NCBI GenBank assembly: GCA_905479295.1
Contig: CAJQLY010000002.1
Location: 7,812-71,811 of the forward strand
Direction: 5' to 3'
From: an uncultured Gammaproteobacteria bacterium
GTDB lineage: Bacteria; Pseudomonadota; Gammaproteobacteria; UBA4575
DNA length: 64,000 bases
The translations under genes were made by a program, and so were the position numbers. Below, piece after piece: positions 32,105 through 42,371 of the stretch (within the stretch, counting starts at the first letter, position 1; the number at the start of each line of letters is the position of its first letter). The notes beneath the pieces were generated by a model. That model searched no databases and was not told the origin of the DNA. It saw nothing but the letters and a program-made list of their open reading frames with translations.

Positions 32105-33964
32105 TTAGTCGCGTGACTTAGGTCGACTGAATGTTTTCTTTGGTCCTTTACCAGTCGGCTTGCCAGAAAACTTTTTAGCACCACCAGGCTTGCGTTGTGA
32201 ACTACGTGGTTTTTTATCACTACGTGGTTTACGTGTAGGCGTCGACTCTTTTCCATTTTCAGTGGCCTTGCCAATATTCAATTGCTGTCCTGCAACCCAG
32301 ACACCTCTCAATTGAGCGAAGACTTCGTCAGGCATACCTTCAGGTAAGTCAACCAAGCTATGATCATCATAAATCTTGATGTGTCCGATATATTTGCTAT
32401 CAAGTCCAGCTTCGTTGGCAATGGCGCCGACAATATTGCCAGGTTTGACTTCATGATCATGCCCAACCTCAATACGAAAACGCTCCATACCAGCTTCTAG
32501 TTCACGATCAAATACCCTGCGCTTATTGTCTTCCCGACGGCCTTCAGAACGAGAACCTTCATCACGGTTAGAGCGCGGCTTGCGTTCTTTACGACCGCGG
32601 CCTTCACCTGCATCGGATGAGAAAGGCTTACTCTTGATAGGTTTGTTGCTGAGTAATAACGGTGTATCACCCTGTACCATTCTGGCTAGGGCAGCACCAA
32701 TTTCAACAGCAGGGATATTATGTTCTTGTTCGAATTTTTCGATCAATCCCGAAAAGAAAGTCAGGTCTTCATTAGCCAATGTATCGCTGATGCGTTGGTT
32801 GAATTTCTCGATACGTTTGTCATTAATAAGATTGGCGGATGGCAGTTCCATCATCTCAATCTTACTCTTGGTGGCACGCTCAATGGCACCAAGTAAACGC
32901 TTTTCGCGTGGTGCTACGAAGAGAATAGCATCACCACTACGACCGGCACGGCCAGTACGGCCGATACGGTGAACATAAGATTCAGTATCGTAAGGGATGT
33001 CATAGTTAATAACATGACTAACGCGATCAACATCAAGACCACGTGCGGCGACATCGGTTGCAACTAGGATATCGATCTTGCCTGATTTAAATTGTTGAAT
33101 CGTGCGTTCACGTTGATTCTGTTGTATATCACCGTTAATTGGTGTCGCTGCATAACCACGTGCCTGTAATTTCTCGGCAAGTTCAGTAGTAGCTGTTTTG
33201 GTGCGTACAAAGAGTACGATGCCATCAAAAGTTTCTGCTTCTAATATGCGTGTCAGTGCATCTAATTTATGCACACCACTAACAGGCCAGTAACGTTGGC
33301 GAATGGTTGAGGCGGTGGTTGTCTTTAGCTCAATCGTAACCTGATGTGGATCATTTAAATATTTGGTCGCTATGCGTCGAATTTGATTCGGCATAGTGGC
33401 TGAGAATAATGCGATTTGGCGATCAGGTGGTGTTTGATCGAGGATCCATTCAACATCATCAATAAAGCCCATACGTAACATTTCATCGGCTTCATCAAGT
33501 ACTAAAGCAGTTAGGCTGCTTAGGCTTAAGGTGCCACGACGCATGTGATCCATGACGCGACCTGGAGTGCCGACAACAACATGCACGCCACGCTGTAACG
33601 CACGGATTTGGCCGCGGTAATCTTGGCCACCATAAATCGGTAGGACGTGAAAACCATCTAGTTTAGAGGCGTATTTTTGAAATGCCTCTGCTACTTGAAT
33701 GGCCAGTTCTCGGGTAGGTGCTAAGACCAATACCTGAGGGTCTTTTTGTTTTAAATCTAGATTCGATAGGATCGGCAATGCAAAGGCAGCGGTTTTACCG
33801 GTACCTGTTTGCGCCTGACCTAGCACGTCGTTACCTTCCAATAGGAGAGGGATGGTACGTGCTTGAATCGGTGATGGTGTCTCGTAACCGATTGTATCGA
33901 GCACGGTTAAAAGTGCTTTCTTAAGATCAAATTGATCAAAAGACGTGATGCTTTCTTCGGACAT
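32105..33964 (-). CDS. deaD: DEAD-box ATP-dependent RNA helicase DeaD/CsdA
   Basis: AQTGTGKT, DEAD and SAT motifs; RGG/Lys-rich C-terminal tail; 619 aa. Confidence 0.88.
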   Translation of the reverse strand: MSEESITSFDQFDLKKALLTVLDTIGYETPSPIQARTIPLLLEGNDVLGQAQTGTGKTAAFALPILSNLDLKQKDPQVLVLAPTRELAIQVAEAFQKYASKLDGFHVLPIYGGQDYRGQIRALQRGVHVVVGTPGRVMDHMRRGTLSLSSLTALVLDEADEMLRMGFIDDVEWILDQTPPDRQIALFSATMPNQIRRIATKYLNDPHQVTIELKTTTASTIRQRYWPVSGVHKLDALTRILEAETFDGIVLFVRTKTATTELAEKLQARGYAATPINGDIQQNQRERTIQQFKSGKIDILVATDVAARGLDVDRVSHVINYDIPYDTESYVHRIGRTGRAGRSGDAILFVAPREKRLLGAIERATKSKIEMMELPSANLINDKRIEKFNQRISDTLANEDLTFFSGLIEKFEQEHNIPAVEIGAALARMVQGDTPLLLSNKPIKSKPFSSDAGEGRGRKERKPRSNRDEGSRSEGRREDNKRRVFDRELEAGMERFRIEVGHDHEVKPGNIVGAIANEAGLDSKYIGHIKIYDDHSLVDLPEGMPDEVFAQLRGVWVAGQQLNIGKATENGKESTPTRKPRSDKKPRSSQRKPGGAKKFSGKPTGKGPKKTFSRPKSRD

Positions 33965-34013
33965 TGGGTGCCTTAATCTATGTATTAGGGCCTAAGCCCG
34001 CTAAGAAGAGCGA

Positions 34014-34901
34014 TTAGTAAGCTAAAAGCCGTGCGGCTGCTTCTTCGTATTTCGCTTGAGTGTTTTCGACGATTTCTTGTGGTAGCTCTGGTCCCGGGGC
34101 TGTCTTGTTCCAGTCCAAGGTCTCTAGGTAGTCACGGATATATTGCTTATCAAAGCTACTGGGATTCTGTCCTGGCTGATAACCAACAGCTGGCCAGAAA
34201 CGTGATGAGTCAGGAGTCAGCACTTCGTCGATCAAAGTGAGTTGTCCATCCTTATCTATTCCAAATTCAAACTTAGTATCAGCAATGATGATGCCTTTTT
34301 CTAAAGCATAATCAGCCGCTGTTTGATAAAGCGTAATACTAATATCACGTACCTGAGTCGCTAGATCTTCACCGAGTAGCTTAACCGTCTCTGCAAAAGA
34401 GATGTTTTCGTCGTGCTCACCCACCGCTGCCTTAGTAGAAGGCGTAAATAGAGTGTTAGGTAATTTTCCAGCTAGCGGAATGTCCGCTGGCAATGAAATA
34501 CCACAAACTGAATGGCTAGTTTCATATTCTTTCCAGCCTGAACCAATGAGGTAACCGCGAACGATAGCTTCAATCGGTAAGGCCTTTAGACGTTTAACAA
34601 TCATACTGCGACCTGCAGCCTGTTCGTATTCATCTGTTGTTAGGTTTAGGTCATCCAGGCTCATATCACTAAGTTGGTTAGGAACCTGCTTAGCGAAGAA
34701 TTGGAACCAAAACGCTGATACTTCAGTCAGTAAAGCGCCTTTTTGTGGGATTGGCGTCGGCATAATGACGTCAAAAGCCGAAATGCGATCAGTCGCGATC
34801 ACCAGCATATGCTCATCATCGACACGATAGATATCACGCACCTTGCCTCGGTGCAGGATTTCTAAGCTGTCAAAGTTGGTATGATGGACGCTATCGGTCA
34901 T
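34014..34901 (-). CDS. purC: phosphoribosylaminoimidazole-succinocarboxamide synthase
   Basis: Long-form SAICAR synthetase (LHRGKVRDIY..ATDRISAFD). Confidence 0.88.
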   Translation of the reverse strand: MTDSVHHTNFDSLEILHRGKVRDIYRVDDEHMLVIATDRISAFDVIMPTPIPQKGALLTEVSAFWFQFFAKQVPNQLSDMSLDDLNLTTDEYEQAAGRSMIVKRLKALPIEAIVRGYLIGSGWKEYETSHSVCGISLPADIPLAGKLPNTLFTPSTKAAVGEHDENISFAETVKLLGEDLATQVRDISITLYQTAADYALEKGIIIADTKFEFGIDKDGQLTLIDEVLTPDSSRFWPAVGYQPGQNPSSFDKQYIRDYLETLDWNKTAPGPELPQEIVENTQAKYEEAAARLLAY

Positions 34902-35037
34902 TCGGTATCCCGCTCAATAAGGGCGGCAATTGTAGTGCCATTGGCTTCAAATGGATATAGAACACAGGATATAGTACTGGCCTTATGACGCAAAAAGTTG
35001 GAAAATGCGCGTTTTTTATCGGTAAGAGTGCATAAAT

Positions 35038-35523
35038 ATGGCCAAAATTGGCATTATCATGGGCAGTGACAGTGACTGGCGCATCATGCATGCGGCTGAT
35101 CACATGTTAAATGAGTTCGATGTAGACCATGAATGTAAGGTGGTTTCAGCACATCGTACCCCTGAGTTTTTATTTGAATATGCATCTACTGCGCGTGAGC
35201 GCGGCCTGCAGTGCATTATTGCGGGAGCCGGCGGTGCAGCGCATCTACCCGGTATGGCGGCAGCAATGACCGATGTTCCAGTATTAGGTGTGCCAGTGCC
35301 AGGGAAGCATCTCGAAGGCCAAGACTCACTCTTATCTATTGTACAAATGCCCAAGGGTGTTCCAGTTGCGACCTTTGCTATTGGTGAGGCTGGCGCTGCC
35401 AATGCCGCACTATTTGCTATCGCGATGATCGCAAATACAGATGCGGCCCTAGCAGAAAAATTAGCCACTTTTCGCGCAAAACAGCGTGATCAGGTGTTGG
35501 CTAAAGTATTACCACCCGCATAA
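35038..35523 (+). CDS. purE: N5-carboxyaminoimidazole ribonucleotide mutase
   Basis: IIMGSDSDW...[11 protein letters not shown]. Confidence 0.92.
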   Translation: MAKIGIIMGSDSDWRIMHAADHMLNEFDVDHECKVVSAHRTPEFLFEYASTARERGLQCIIAGAGGAAHLPGMAAAMTDVPVLGVPVPGKHLEGQDSLLSIVQMPKGVPVATFAIGEAGAANAALFAIAMIANTDAALAEKLATFRAKQRDQVLAKVLPPA

Positions 35524-35591
35524 CATTAGATCAGCGTTTGTTTTAAAACGTCACTGATTCACCGCACAATTAGCAGAGTCAAAACAATACG

Positions 35592-36746
35592 ATGTCATTA
35601 GACGTAACATTTCCCTTAAAACCGGGTGCCGTACTTGGCATGTTGGGTGGTGGTCAATTAGGCCGCATGTTTGCCCTAGCTGCAGCTGAAATGGGTTATC
35701 AAGTTTGGGTTTACGATCCGAATGAAGTAAGTCCTGCAGGTGAAGTGGCTTATCGCCATATTCAAGCCGCCTATGATGATAAAACTGCTTTAGCCGAATT
35801 TGGTCAGGCCTGCGCCGTAGTGACCACTGAATTCGAAAATATTCCAGCCGATACGTTGCGTTACCTACAAAGCTATTGCCAAGTCTGTCCGAATCCAAAT
35901 GCCGTGCACATTGCGCAGAATCGGATTCGAGAGAAAACCTTTGTTAACGACCTCGGTATCCCGACCTCTGCATTTAGAGCGATTAATAGTTTGCAAGATA
36001 TAGCTGCTGCGACTGATCTCAATTTCCCCTGTATCTTAAAAACGGCAGAGTTTGGTTATGATGGTAAAGGTCAGGCGGTAGTCGAGGATCTTACGGCAGC
36101 GTCAAATGCGTTTACTGAAATGGGCGAAGTCGCCTGCATTCTAGAAGAAAAGATCCAACTCGAGAGTGAAATATCAGTCGTGTTGGGGCGTAATCAACAG
36201 GGTGAGATTAGCTTCTTCCCAGTTGCTCGCAACGTCCATAAAGACGGTATTTTACACATCAGTAGTGTGCCAGCTGAGGTGAGTGATGAGTTGCAAACCT
36301 ATGCCTGTGAATTGGCGCAGCGGATTGCTGAAAATCTCGACTATGTTGGCATTATGGCGGTGGAGTATTTCATCGACCAAGAACAGCGTTTGTTGGTGAA
36401 TGAAATTGCACCACGAGTACATAATAGCGGCCACTACTCACAAGATGCTTGTTCTATCTCTCAATTTGAACAGCAGGTGAGAGTGCTCTGTGGCTGGGTA
36501 CCAGCAGATACGCGTTATCACACACCAGTGGCCATGGTGAATATTCTTGGTGATGCTTGGCATCAAGGTGAGTTACCGGCTGAGTCGCTATATAATAACG
36601 TTAATATTAAGGTTCACATCTACGGTAAAACTGGTGCTAAGCCAGGTCGTAAAATGGGTCACTTTAATGTCTTGGCCGAATCGGTAGCCGATGCGATTAA
36701 GTTAGGTGAAACAGCCTATCAGCAAATGATGAATCCTCCGGCTTGA
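35592..36746 (+). CDS. purK: N5-carboxyaminoimidazole ribonucleotide synthase
   Basis: ATP-grasp; LGMLGGGQLGRM; follows purE. Confidence 0.9.
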   Translation: MSLDVTFPLKPGAVLGMLGGGQLGRMFALAAAEMGYQVWVYDPNEVSPAGEVAYRHIQAAYDDKTALAEFGQACAVVTTEFENIPADTLRYLQSYCQVCPNPNAVHIAQNRIREKTFVNDLGIPTSAFRAINSLQDIAAATDLNFPCILKTAEFGYDGKGQAVVEDLTAASNAFTEMGEVACILEEKIQLESEISVVLGRNQQGEISFFPVARNVHKDGILHISSVPAEVSDELQTYACELAQRIAENLDYVGIMAVEYFIDQEQRLLVNEIAPRVHNSGHYSQDACSISQFEQQVRVLCGWVPADTRYHTPVAMVNILGDAWHQGELPAESLYNNVNIKVHIYGKTGAKPGRKMGHFNVLAESVADAIKLGETAYQQMMNPPA

Positions 36747-37753
36747 TGAGCCAGTCCATCCCAGAATTTTTCCCTGCTTTCCGCATTCATGCTGCCGATG
36801 GTTTCCAAGGTGCTGCGGTAGAGCAGATTTCCCTAGACCAGCTAGGCCTCGGTGAAGTGGTGCTTGAGGTGGAATATTCTAGTGTTAATTTTAAAGATGC
36901 CTTGGCCGGTAGTGGCAAGGGTAAGATCTTGCGTTTGCCTGAGTTAAATGGCGGTATCGATTTGGCTGGCACAGTGGTCGCTTCTGAACATGCTGATTTC
37001 ACACCAGGACAGAAAGTATTAGCCAACGGTAGCGGCTTAAGTGAAGTGCATGATGGTGGTTACAGTCACTATGCACGCATACCTGCTGAATGGCTGGTAC
37101 CGATGCCAGCAGGTTTGGATACGCGCAGCGCGATGATCTTAGGCACCGCCGGATTTACTGCAGCCTTAGCGGTACAGCGACTACTGGATAACCATCAGCA
37201 GGTAGAGCAGGGCCCTATTGTGATCACTGGTGCTAGTGGTGGTGTTGGTAGTTTTGCAGTGCAGCTATTAACGCAACTCGGCTTTGATGTGATCGCCATG
37301 ACGAGGAAGCAAGAACATCATGCCTACTTGCGTTCCTTAGGCGCGCAGGATGTACGACATAGCGACGAGTTGAAGAGTGATGCTAGCCCAATGTTAAAAG
37401 GGCAGTGGGGTGGGGCAATTGATAATTTAGGCGGCGATGTGCTTGCTAGCTTGAGTAAGTCAGTAAAGCCATGGGGCAATATTGTCAGCGTTGGTATGGC
37501 CGCTGGTGTCGAATTGAATACTAGTACGATGCCTTTCATCTTACGTGGTGTATCTATTTTAGGGGTGACTTCTGCTGCCTGTCCGCAAGCCCTACGAAAA
37601 AGTATTTGGCAACGCTTAGGCAGTGATTGGTTACCGCAAAAGATAGAGGCAGTCTGTGCTGCCGAGATCAGTTTGCAGGAGCTACCACAAGCGTTTGATG
37701 CCCTGCTGCAGGGCCAAGTGCAGGGTCGCCAGCTAGTTCGCGTTAAGTCTTAA
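36743..37753 (+). CDS. MDR-family quinone oxidoreductase (YhdH/AcuI-like)
   Basis: 336 aa. YhdH-type N-terminus and a GASGGVGS Rossmann motif. Confidence 0.75.
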   Translation: MMSQSIPEFFPAFRIHAADGFQGAAVEQISLDQLGLGEVVLEVEYSSVNFKDALAGSGKGKILRLPELNGGIDLAGTVVASEHADFTPGQKVLANGSGLSEVHDGGYSHYARIPAEWLVPMPAGLDTRSAMILGTAGFTAALAVQRLLDNHQQVEQGPIVITGASGGVGSFAVQLLTQLGFDVIAMTRKQEHHAYLRSLGAQDVRHSDELKSDASPMLKGQWGGAIDNLGGDVLASLSKSVKPWGNIVSVGMAAGVELNTSTMPFILRGVSILGVTSAACPQALRKSIWQRLGSDWLPQKIEAVCAAEISLQELPQAFDALLQGQVQGRQLVRVKS

Positions 37754-38982
37754 GTGGCAAAGAATACATAAGATAAAAAGACTGCCGCCGAGATACCGGC
37801 CGCATCTGCCAATAAAGCGCAGGCAATTGCGTAACGAATTCTTGTAATCCCCACTGCACCACAGTAGACCGCTAGTACATAAAAGGTAGTCTCAGTAGAG
37901 CCTTGCATGACGGCAGCTACTTTCGCTGGAAAAGACTCCACTCCCTCTGTCTGCATCACATCTAACATGGCGGCACGTGCACCACTTCCACTAAATGGTT
38001 TCATTAGAGCGGTCGGAAGTGCATCAACAAATGCGGTGTCGATATGCAGTAAGCCAAAGCCATAACTCAATCCAGAAATAAGCCCAGCGAGTAAACCACT
38101 GACACGTAGCATGGCAATAGCCAATAACATGGCGATTAAATAAGGGATTAATTCAATTGCTGTTTGAAAGCCCTGTTTGGCACCGCTGACAAAGGCTGCA
38201 TAGACATCGATCTTTTGGCGTAAGCCTGCGATTAGAAATAACGCAATAACCGCAAATAAGGTGAAGTTAGCAAATAACTGTGCCTGTTGACTCATCTGAT
38301 CAGCAGGCAGGTTCATAAAGTAGATAGCAAGGGCAATTGGAATCGCACTGAGCCCACCAAGATATAAAAGTACCGTGCGGTTGAATAGATCTAATTTCTG
38401 CACATAGGCAACACTGAATAGCCCCACCAGAGTTGAGGTGAAAGTGGCGAGCAAGATAGGGATAAAGACTTCAGTTGGGTAGAGTGCACCCTGTTGTGCA
38501 CGAAATAAAAAAACACTGATGGGTAAGACAGTCACTGAGGATGTGTTGAGTACGAGAAAAAGAATCTGTGCATTGGATAGAGTATCCGGCGCTGTGTTAT
38601 TTTTCTGTAACTGTTGCATTGCCTTAATGCCTAATGGGGTTGCAGCATTATCTAGCCCTAGGGCATTGGCCCCTAGGTTCATGGTGATTGCCCCCATGGC
38701 TGGATCACGTTTTGAGAGCTCAGGCATGAGCTTTCGAAATAAAGGATCTAAGGCAATAGCAACGCGCTCAATCAATCCAGCTTGTTCGGCAATTTTAAAG
38801 AACCCCAACCAAACTGCCATTAGACCAATAAGGCCAATCGCAATCTCGACACTTAAACCCGCAGTGTTAAATAAGGCACGGATGGCCTGATCAAAGATGA
38901 GTGTGTTGCCAAAGAATAGTAGTTGAATTAGGCAGGCCAGAAATGAAATTAGGATACAGCCAGCCCAAAATAAATTCAGCAT
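37750..38982 (-). CDS. nucleoside-recognition (Gate) domain membrane protein
   Basis: 410 aa, polytopic, duplicated Gate-domain-like pattern. Confidence 0.5.
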   Translation of the reverse strand: MLNLFWAGCILISFLACLIQLLFFGNTLIFDQAIRALFNTAGLSVEIAIGLIGLMAVWLGFFKIAEQAGLIERVAIALDPLFRKLMPELSKRDPAMGAITMNLGANALGLDNAATPLGIKAMQQLQKNNTAPDTLSNAQILFLVLNTSSVTVLPISVFLFRAQQGALYPTEVFIPILLATFTSTLVGLFSVAYVQKLDLFNRTVLLYLGGLSAIPIALAIYFMNLPADQMSQQAQLFANFTLFAVIALFLIAGLRQKIDVYAAFVSGAKQGFQTAIELIPYLIAMLLAIAMLRVSGLLAGLISGLSYGFGLLHIDTAFVDALPTALMKPFSGSGARAAMLDVMQTEGVESFPAKVAAVMQGSTETTFYVLAVYCGAVGITRIRYAIACALLADAAGISAAVFLSYVFFAT

Positions 38983-38985
38983 ATG

Positions 38986-39303
38986 CTATCGGCCAATCGC
39001 CAGGTAGAAAGGCAGCCACATGACAATCATGAATGCGACGGCCGCTAATTCTGTCCAGAGAATGATGCGAAAGCGTTTACTCTCTTCACCACTGCTATCG
39101 CTGGCACGTATCTTCGACATCAAGGCATCGAATAAAATGACCATAATGAATAGTGGTGCGGCAGCTGGTGCGACCAGGGTTTGAACCATCTCCCAACCAG
39201 AGTAGGCAATGTAAGATCCTGGTTCAGGACGGATTAACACATTAAAGATGCCAAGAGCGATTAGGCCCCCGCGGAGTAAGCCTAATGACTTTAGATAGTT
39301 CAT
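38986..39303 (-). CDS. small membrane protein, co-oriented with the downstream Gate-domain gene
   Basis: 105 aa, 3 predicted TM segments, 3-nt gap to the next gene. Confidence 0.4.
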   Translation of the reverse strand: MNYLKSLGLLRGGLIALGIFNVLIRPEPGSYIAYSGWEMVQTLVAPAAAPLFIMVILFDALMSKIRASDSSGEESKRFRIILWTELAAVAFMIVMWLPFYLAIGR

Positions 39304-39496
39304 AGAAGGTAACGTGGAAAATAAAAGCCTAGTGTATCAAAAATTTCGCTAGGTAGGTGTTGCATAAAGTGTTGTTAGTTTGACCCTTGTAAAGGTGGAT
39401 ATGAAGGGGTTTTGGTATGTATAAATACAACAGGGCTATACTGAATTATCCTGTCTGCTAGGATGAATAAAATATTTAGTTACAAGGAATCTAGAA

Positions 39497-39922
39497 ATGA
39501 AGAAATTGATAGTTAGTTTATGTATTTTGTTTATGCCGTTCTCTACGTTGTTCGCTGATGGCCACGTCTCTACAGCACCGAAAGATGCTCAGGTTTATTT
39601 CATTCAGCCGGTTGATGGTCAGGCTATATCTTCACCATTTAGTGTGCGTTTTGGTCTTAAGGGTATGGGTGTTGCACCTGCTGGCGTTAAAAAACAGAAT
39701 ACAGGACACCATCATCTATTGATCGATTTAGAGCAGCTGCCAGACCTGTCAAAACCACTGCCTGCAAGTGACTATGTGAAACATTTTGGTGGTGGACAGA
39801 CGGAAGTAATTTTAGACCTGCCTAAAGGTGAGCATCGGTTACAACTTTTACTAGGTGATCATCATCATGTGCCACATCAGCCACCAGTTATGTCTGAAAT
39901 GATCACGATTATGGTCGAGTAG
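39497..39922 (+). CDS. DUF4399-like periplasmic His-rich protein
   Basis: Signal peptide; His clusters NTGHHHLLID and GDHHHVPHQ. Confidence 0.55.
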   Translation: MKKLIVSLCILFMPFSTLFADGHVSTAPKDAQVYFIQPVDGQAISSPFSVRFGLKGMGVAPAGVKKQNTGHHHLLIDLEQLPDLSKPLPASDYVKHFGGGQTEVILDLPKGEHRLQLLLGDHHHVPHQPPVMSEMITIMVE

Positions 39923-39991
39923 CCAATCAAGTAGTGCTAAATATAACGGTGTATGAGCGCTTTTTTTATGCTGTAGGTTTTTCGATTTTTA

Positions 39992-40324
39992 CTAGTTGAA
40001 TAACCTGATGAGACTGATCAGCACAAGGCTGCTTGCATTGCTGAGGAGGGCGACTAAAAGACTTCGGCTCCAGCCAGATGAAGAGAAAAGATTGATCAGG
40101 TAGCCGCTTAATGCAATGGCGATTAAGTAATTGACTGCCGGGATAGCAACATAAAAGGCGGCTAACTGGGAAACGAATATAGTCCCTAATAAGCGTGGCA
40201 ATTCAATGTTGATTAGTGAATTATTTATTGATAGATACTTATTGGTCAAGCTAATAGCAAGCCATAGAAAAAAGCTGTTAGAAATTAGATTTATTGCAAA
40301 TTCGTTTAAACTGATCAGAGACAT
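39992..40324 (-). CDS. hypothetical small membrane protein (AT-rich; uncertain)
   Basis: Hydrophobic ORF only; no recognisable family. Confidence 0.25.
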   Translation of the reverse strand: MSLISLNEFAINLISNSFFLWLAISLTNKYLSINNSLINIELPRLLGTIFVSQLAAFYVAIPAVNYLIAIALSGYLINLFSSSGWSRSLLVALLSNASSLVLISLIRLFN

Positions 40325-40634
40325 GTTGGTTGAGCCTTGTATAGGGTTGGATGTGATGGCGCAAATTAATAGCTTTCGCTTAATGTATATTTAAATAACT
40401 ATTTTATGTCATAACACATGGCTTTGTTCGGTCTCAAACTAAGGCCTGTTATAGCTTTTGTTTATGACTATCCAGAATGGGATCATCAGACTGTCTCTGA
40501 TGGTATTTTTTTTGGAGACTTAGGCCGGTAGAATATCTGTGATTATTATTTTTCGATAATTCTTATGACTATCGAAAATTGTGCAATAAAGCGTAAGCGA
40601 ATGGGTATTCGTGGAGTCGCTGAATTAAGGAGTA

Positions 40635-40946
40635 ATGATGAAAGTAATTATTTTGGCAATGGCCACTATAGTAAGTTTGAGCACTAGCCTAGTACAGGCA
40701 GCGGATATTGATGCGGGTAAAGCGAAAGCAGCGAGCTGTGCTGGCTGTCATGGTGGTGCCGGTATTAGCCCAGCGCCAGTTTATCCAAACCTGGCAGGCC
40801 AAAAAGAGATGTACCTGTATCAGCAGTTAGCAGCATTCAAAAGTGGCACACGTGACAATGCCATGATGGCATCAATGGTTGCCGGCTTGAGTGATGATGA
40901 TATGAAAAATATTGCGGCTTATTACGCTAGCCTTTCTTGTCAGTAA
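40635..40946 (+). CDS. class I c-type cytochrome (monohaem)
   Basis: Signal peptide; haem-binding CAGCHG; distal Met region; AGGAG Shine-Dalgarno. Confidence 0.75.
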   Translation: MMKVIILAMATIVSLSTSLVQAADIDAGKAKAASCAGCHGGAGISPAPVYPNLAGQKEMYLYQQLAAFKSGTRDNAMMASMVAGLSDDDMKNIAAYYASLSCQ

Positions 40947-40997
40947 GAGAGGATTAGATCAGCCTGACTCAGGCTGATCTGTAGTCGGTACAAAATT

Positions 40998-41047
40998 AAA
41001 GCCCGAACAGCATTAAGTCGTGACTTAATCTACTGTTTGGGCTTTTT
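40998..41047. terminator. bidirectional rho-independent terminator (AGCCCGAACAG...CTGTTTGGGCT, T7)
   Basis: 11-bp stem with an A-run before it and T7 after it; a second hairpin lies at 40957-40979. Confidence 0.7.
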
Positions 41048-41599
41048 TTATAGGCCGACGTGTTCCAATCCCAGAGCAATAACCAAAACTACTAATCCAA
41101 TCAATAGGTTAAGCCCGACTAGCTGGCGAATCTGACCTAGGCTCTTAGCCCCTGCTGCAAAATCTTTTGCTTTTACTGCGCGCTGTAACTTTTGATAAGG
41201 CGCAAAAAAGACATGTAGATAGATCAGGATCATGACGATGCCAAGAGCCTGCATCAGATGTACATGTCCACCGACCGAGGCAAAGCCGTTAAAGAATGAA
41301 AAGATCATCCAGTAACCCGTTAATGGTAATAAAATGACTGCCAGCCAGACCCATAGGAAAAAGCGTCCCAAGGTTTGAGACCACAGGGTTAAACGCTCGG
41401 GTGGCGCTAGCACGCTCGCTGCGACAGGGCGTAGTGCCACATAGGCAAAGAACATACCGCCAACCCAGATGACAGCACTGATGCCGTGTAGGCTAATGGC
41501 TAAGGGGTACATAAGGCTATCTAGAGTCATAGTGCGTGCTCGTAGTGAAAATGTGGCCCTAGTATAGAGCAGCAAGGCAATTTGCAATACTGACTTCAT
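41048..41599 (-). CDS. HemJ/CopD-like (UPF0093-type) integral membrane protein
   Basis: HGISAVIWVGGMFFAYVALRP resembles the HemJ/CopD N-terminal helix. 183 aa, 4-5 TM. Confidence 0.45.
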   Translation of the reverse strand: MKSVLQIALLLYTRATFSLRARTMTLDSLMYPLAISLHGISAVIWVGGMFFAYVALRPVAASVLAPPERLTLWSQTLGRFFLWVWLAVILLPLTGYWMIFSFFNGFASVGGHVHLMQALGIVMILIYLHVFFAPYQKLQRAVKAKDFAAGAKSLGQIRQLVGLNLLIGLVVLVIALGLEHVGL

Positions 41600-41663
41600 C
41601 TCTATGCAAAGCGCTATGAGCTAGGATAAAGTTGCGGTATAGAATCATAGATAAGGAAACACC

Positions 41664-42335
41664 ATGGAAAACTGGATTGCACCCTCGATTTTGGCGGCAG
41701 ATTTCGCACGTTTAGGTGAAGAGGTCGACAATGTATTAGCGGCCGGTGCGGATATCGTACATTTTGATGTCATGGATAATCACTATGTGCCTAATCTGAC
41801 GATTGGCCCCTTGGTTTGTGAAGCCTTACGAAAATACGGTATTACAGCGCCGATTGATGTGCATTTGATGGTCTCACCAGTTGATCGTTTGATCGCTGAT
41901 TTTGCGGCTGCTGGCGCCAGTTATATTACCTTTCACCCAGAGGCGAGTGAGCATATTGATCGCAGTCTAGAGCTAGTTCGCGGTAGTGGCTGTAAGAGTG
42001 GTCTGGTGTTTAACCCGGCAACGCCACTGCATTATCTCGACTATGTGATGGATAAGGTCAATATGATTTTATTGATGTCGGTTAACCCTGGGTTTGGTGG
42101 TCAATCATTTATCCCTTCGACACTAGATAAGGTGGCGCAGGTGCGCGAGCGTATTGTGGCCTCAGGCCGAGATATTCGGCTAGAAGTCGATGGTGGAATC
42201 AAGATTGATAATATCGCCGCGGTTAAGGCAGCTGGTGCCGATACCTTTGTTGCTGGCTCTGCTATTTTTAATAGTGATGATTATGCAATGGCGATCGCAG
42301 CAATGCGCCAAGAGCTGGCAGCGGCCAGTCGTTAA
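41664..42335 (+). CDS. rpe: ribulose-phosphate 3-epimerase
   Basis: [17 protein letters not shown]...[12 protein letters not shown]. Confidence 0.92.
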   Translation: MENWIAPSILAADFARLGEEVDNVLAAGADIVHFDVMDNHYVPNLTIGPLVCEALRKYGITAPIDVHLMVSPVDRLIADFAAAGASYITFHPEASEHIDRSLELVRGSGCKSGLVFNPATPLHYLDYVMDKVNMILLMSVNPGFGGQSFIPSTLDKVAQVRERIVASGRDIRLEVDGGIKIDNIAAVKAAGADTFVAGSAIFNSDDYAMAIAAMRQELAAASR

Positions 42336-42371
42336 TCAGCGACTAGTGCGTTTAGGATAAGGATCTCTCTT

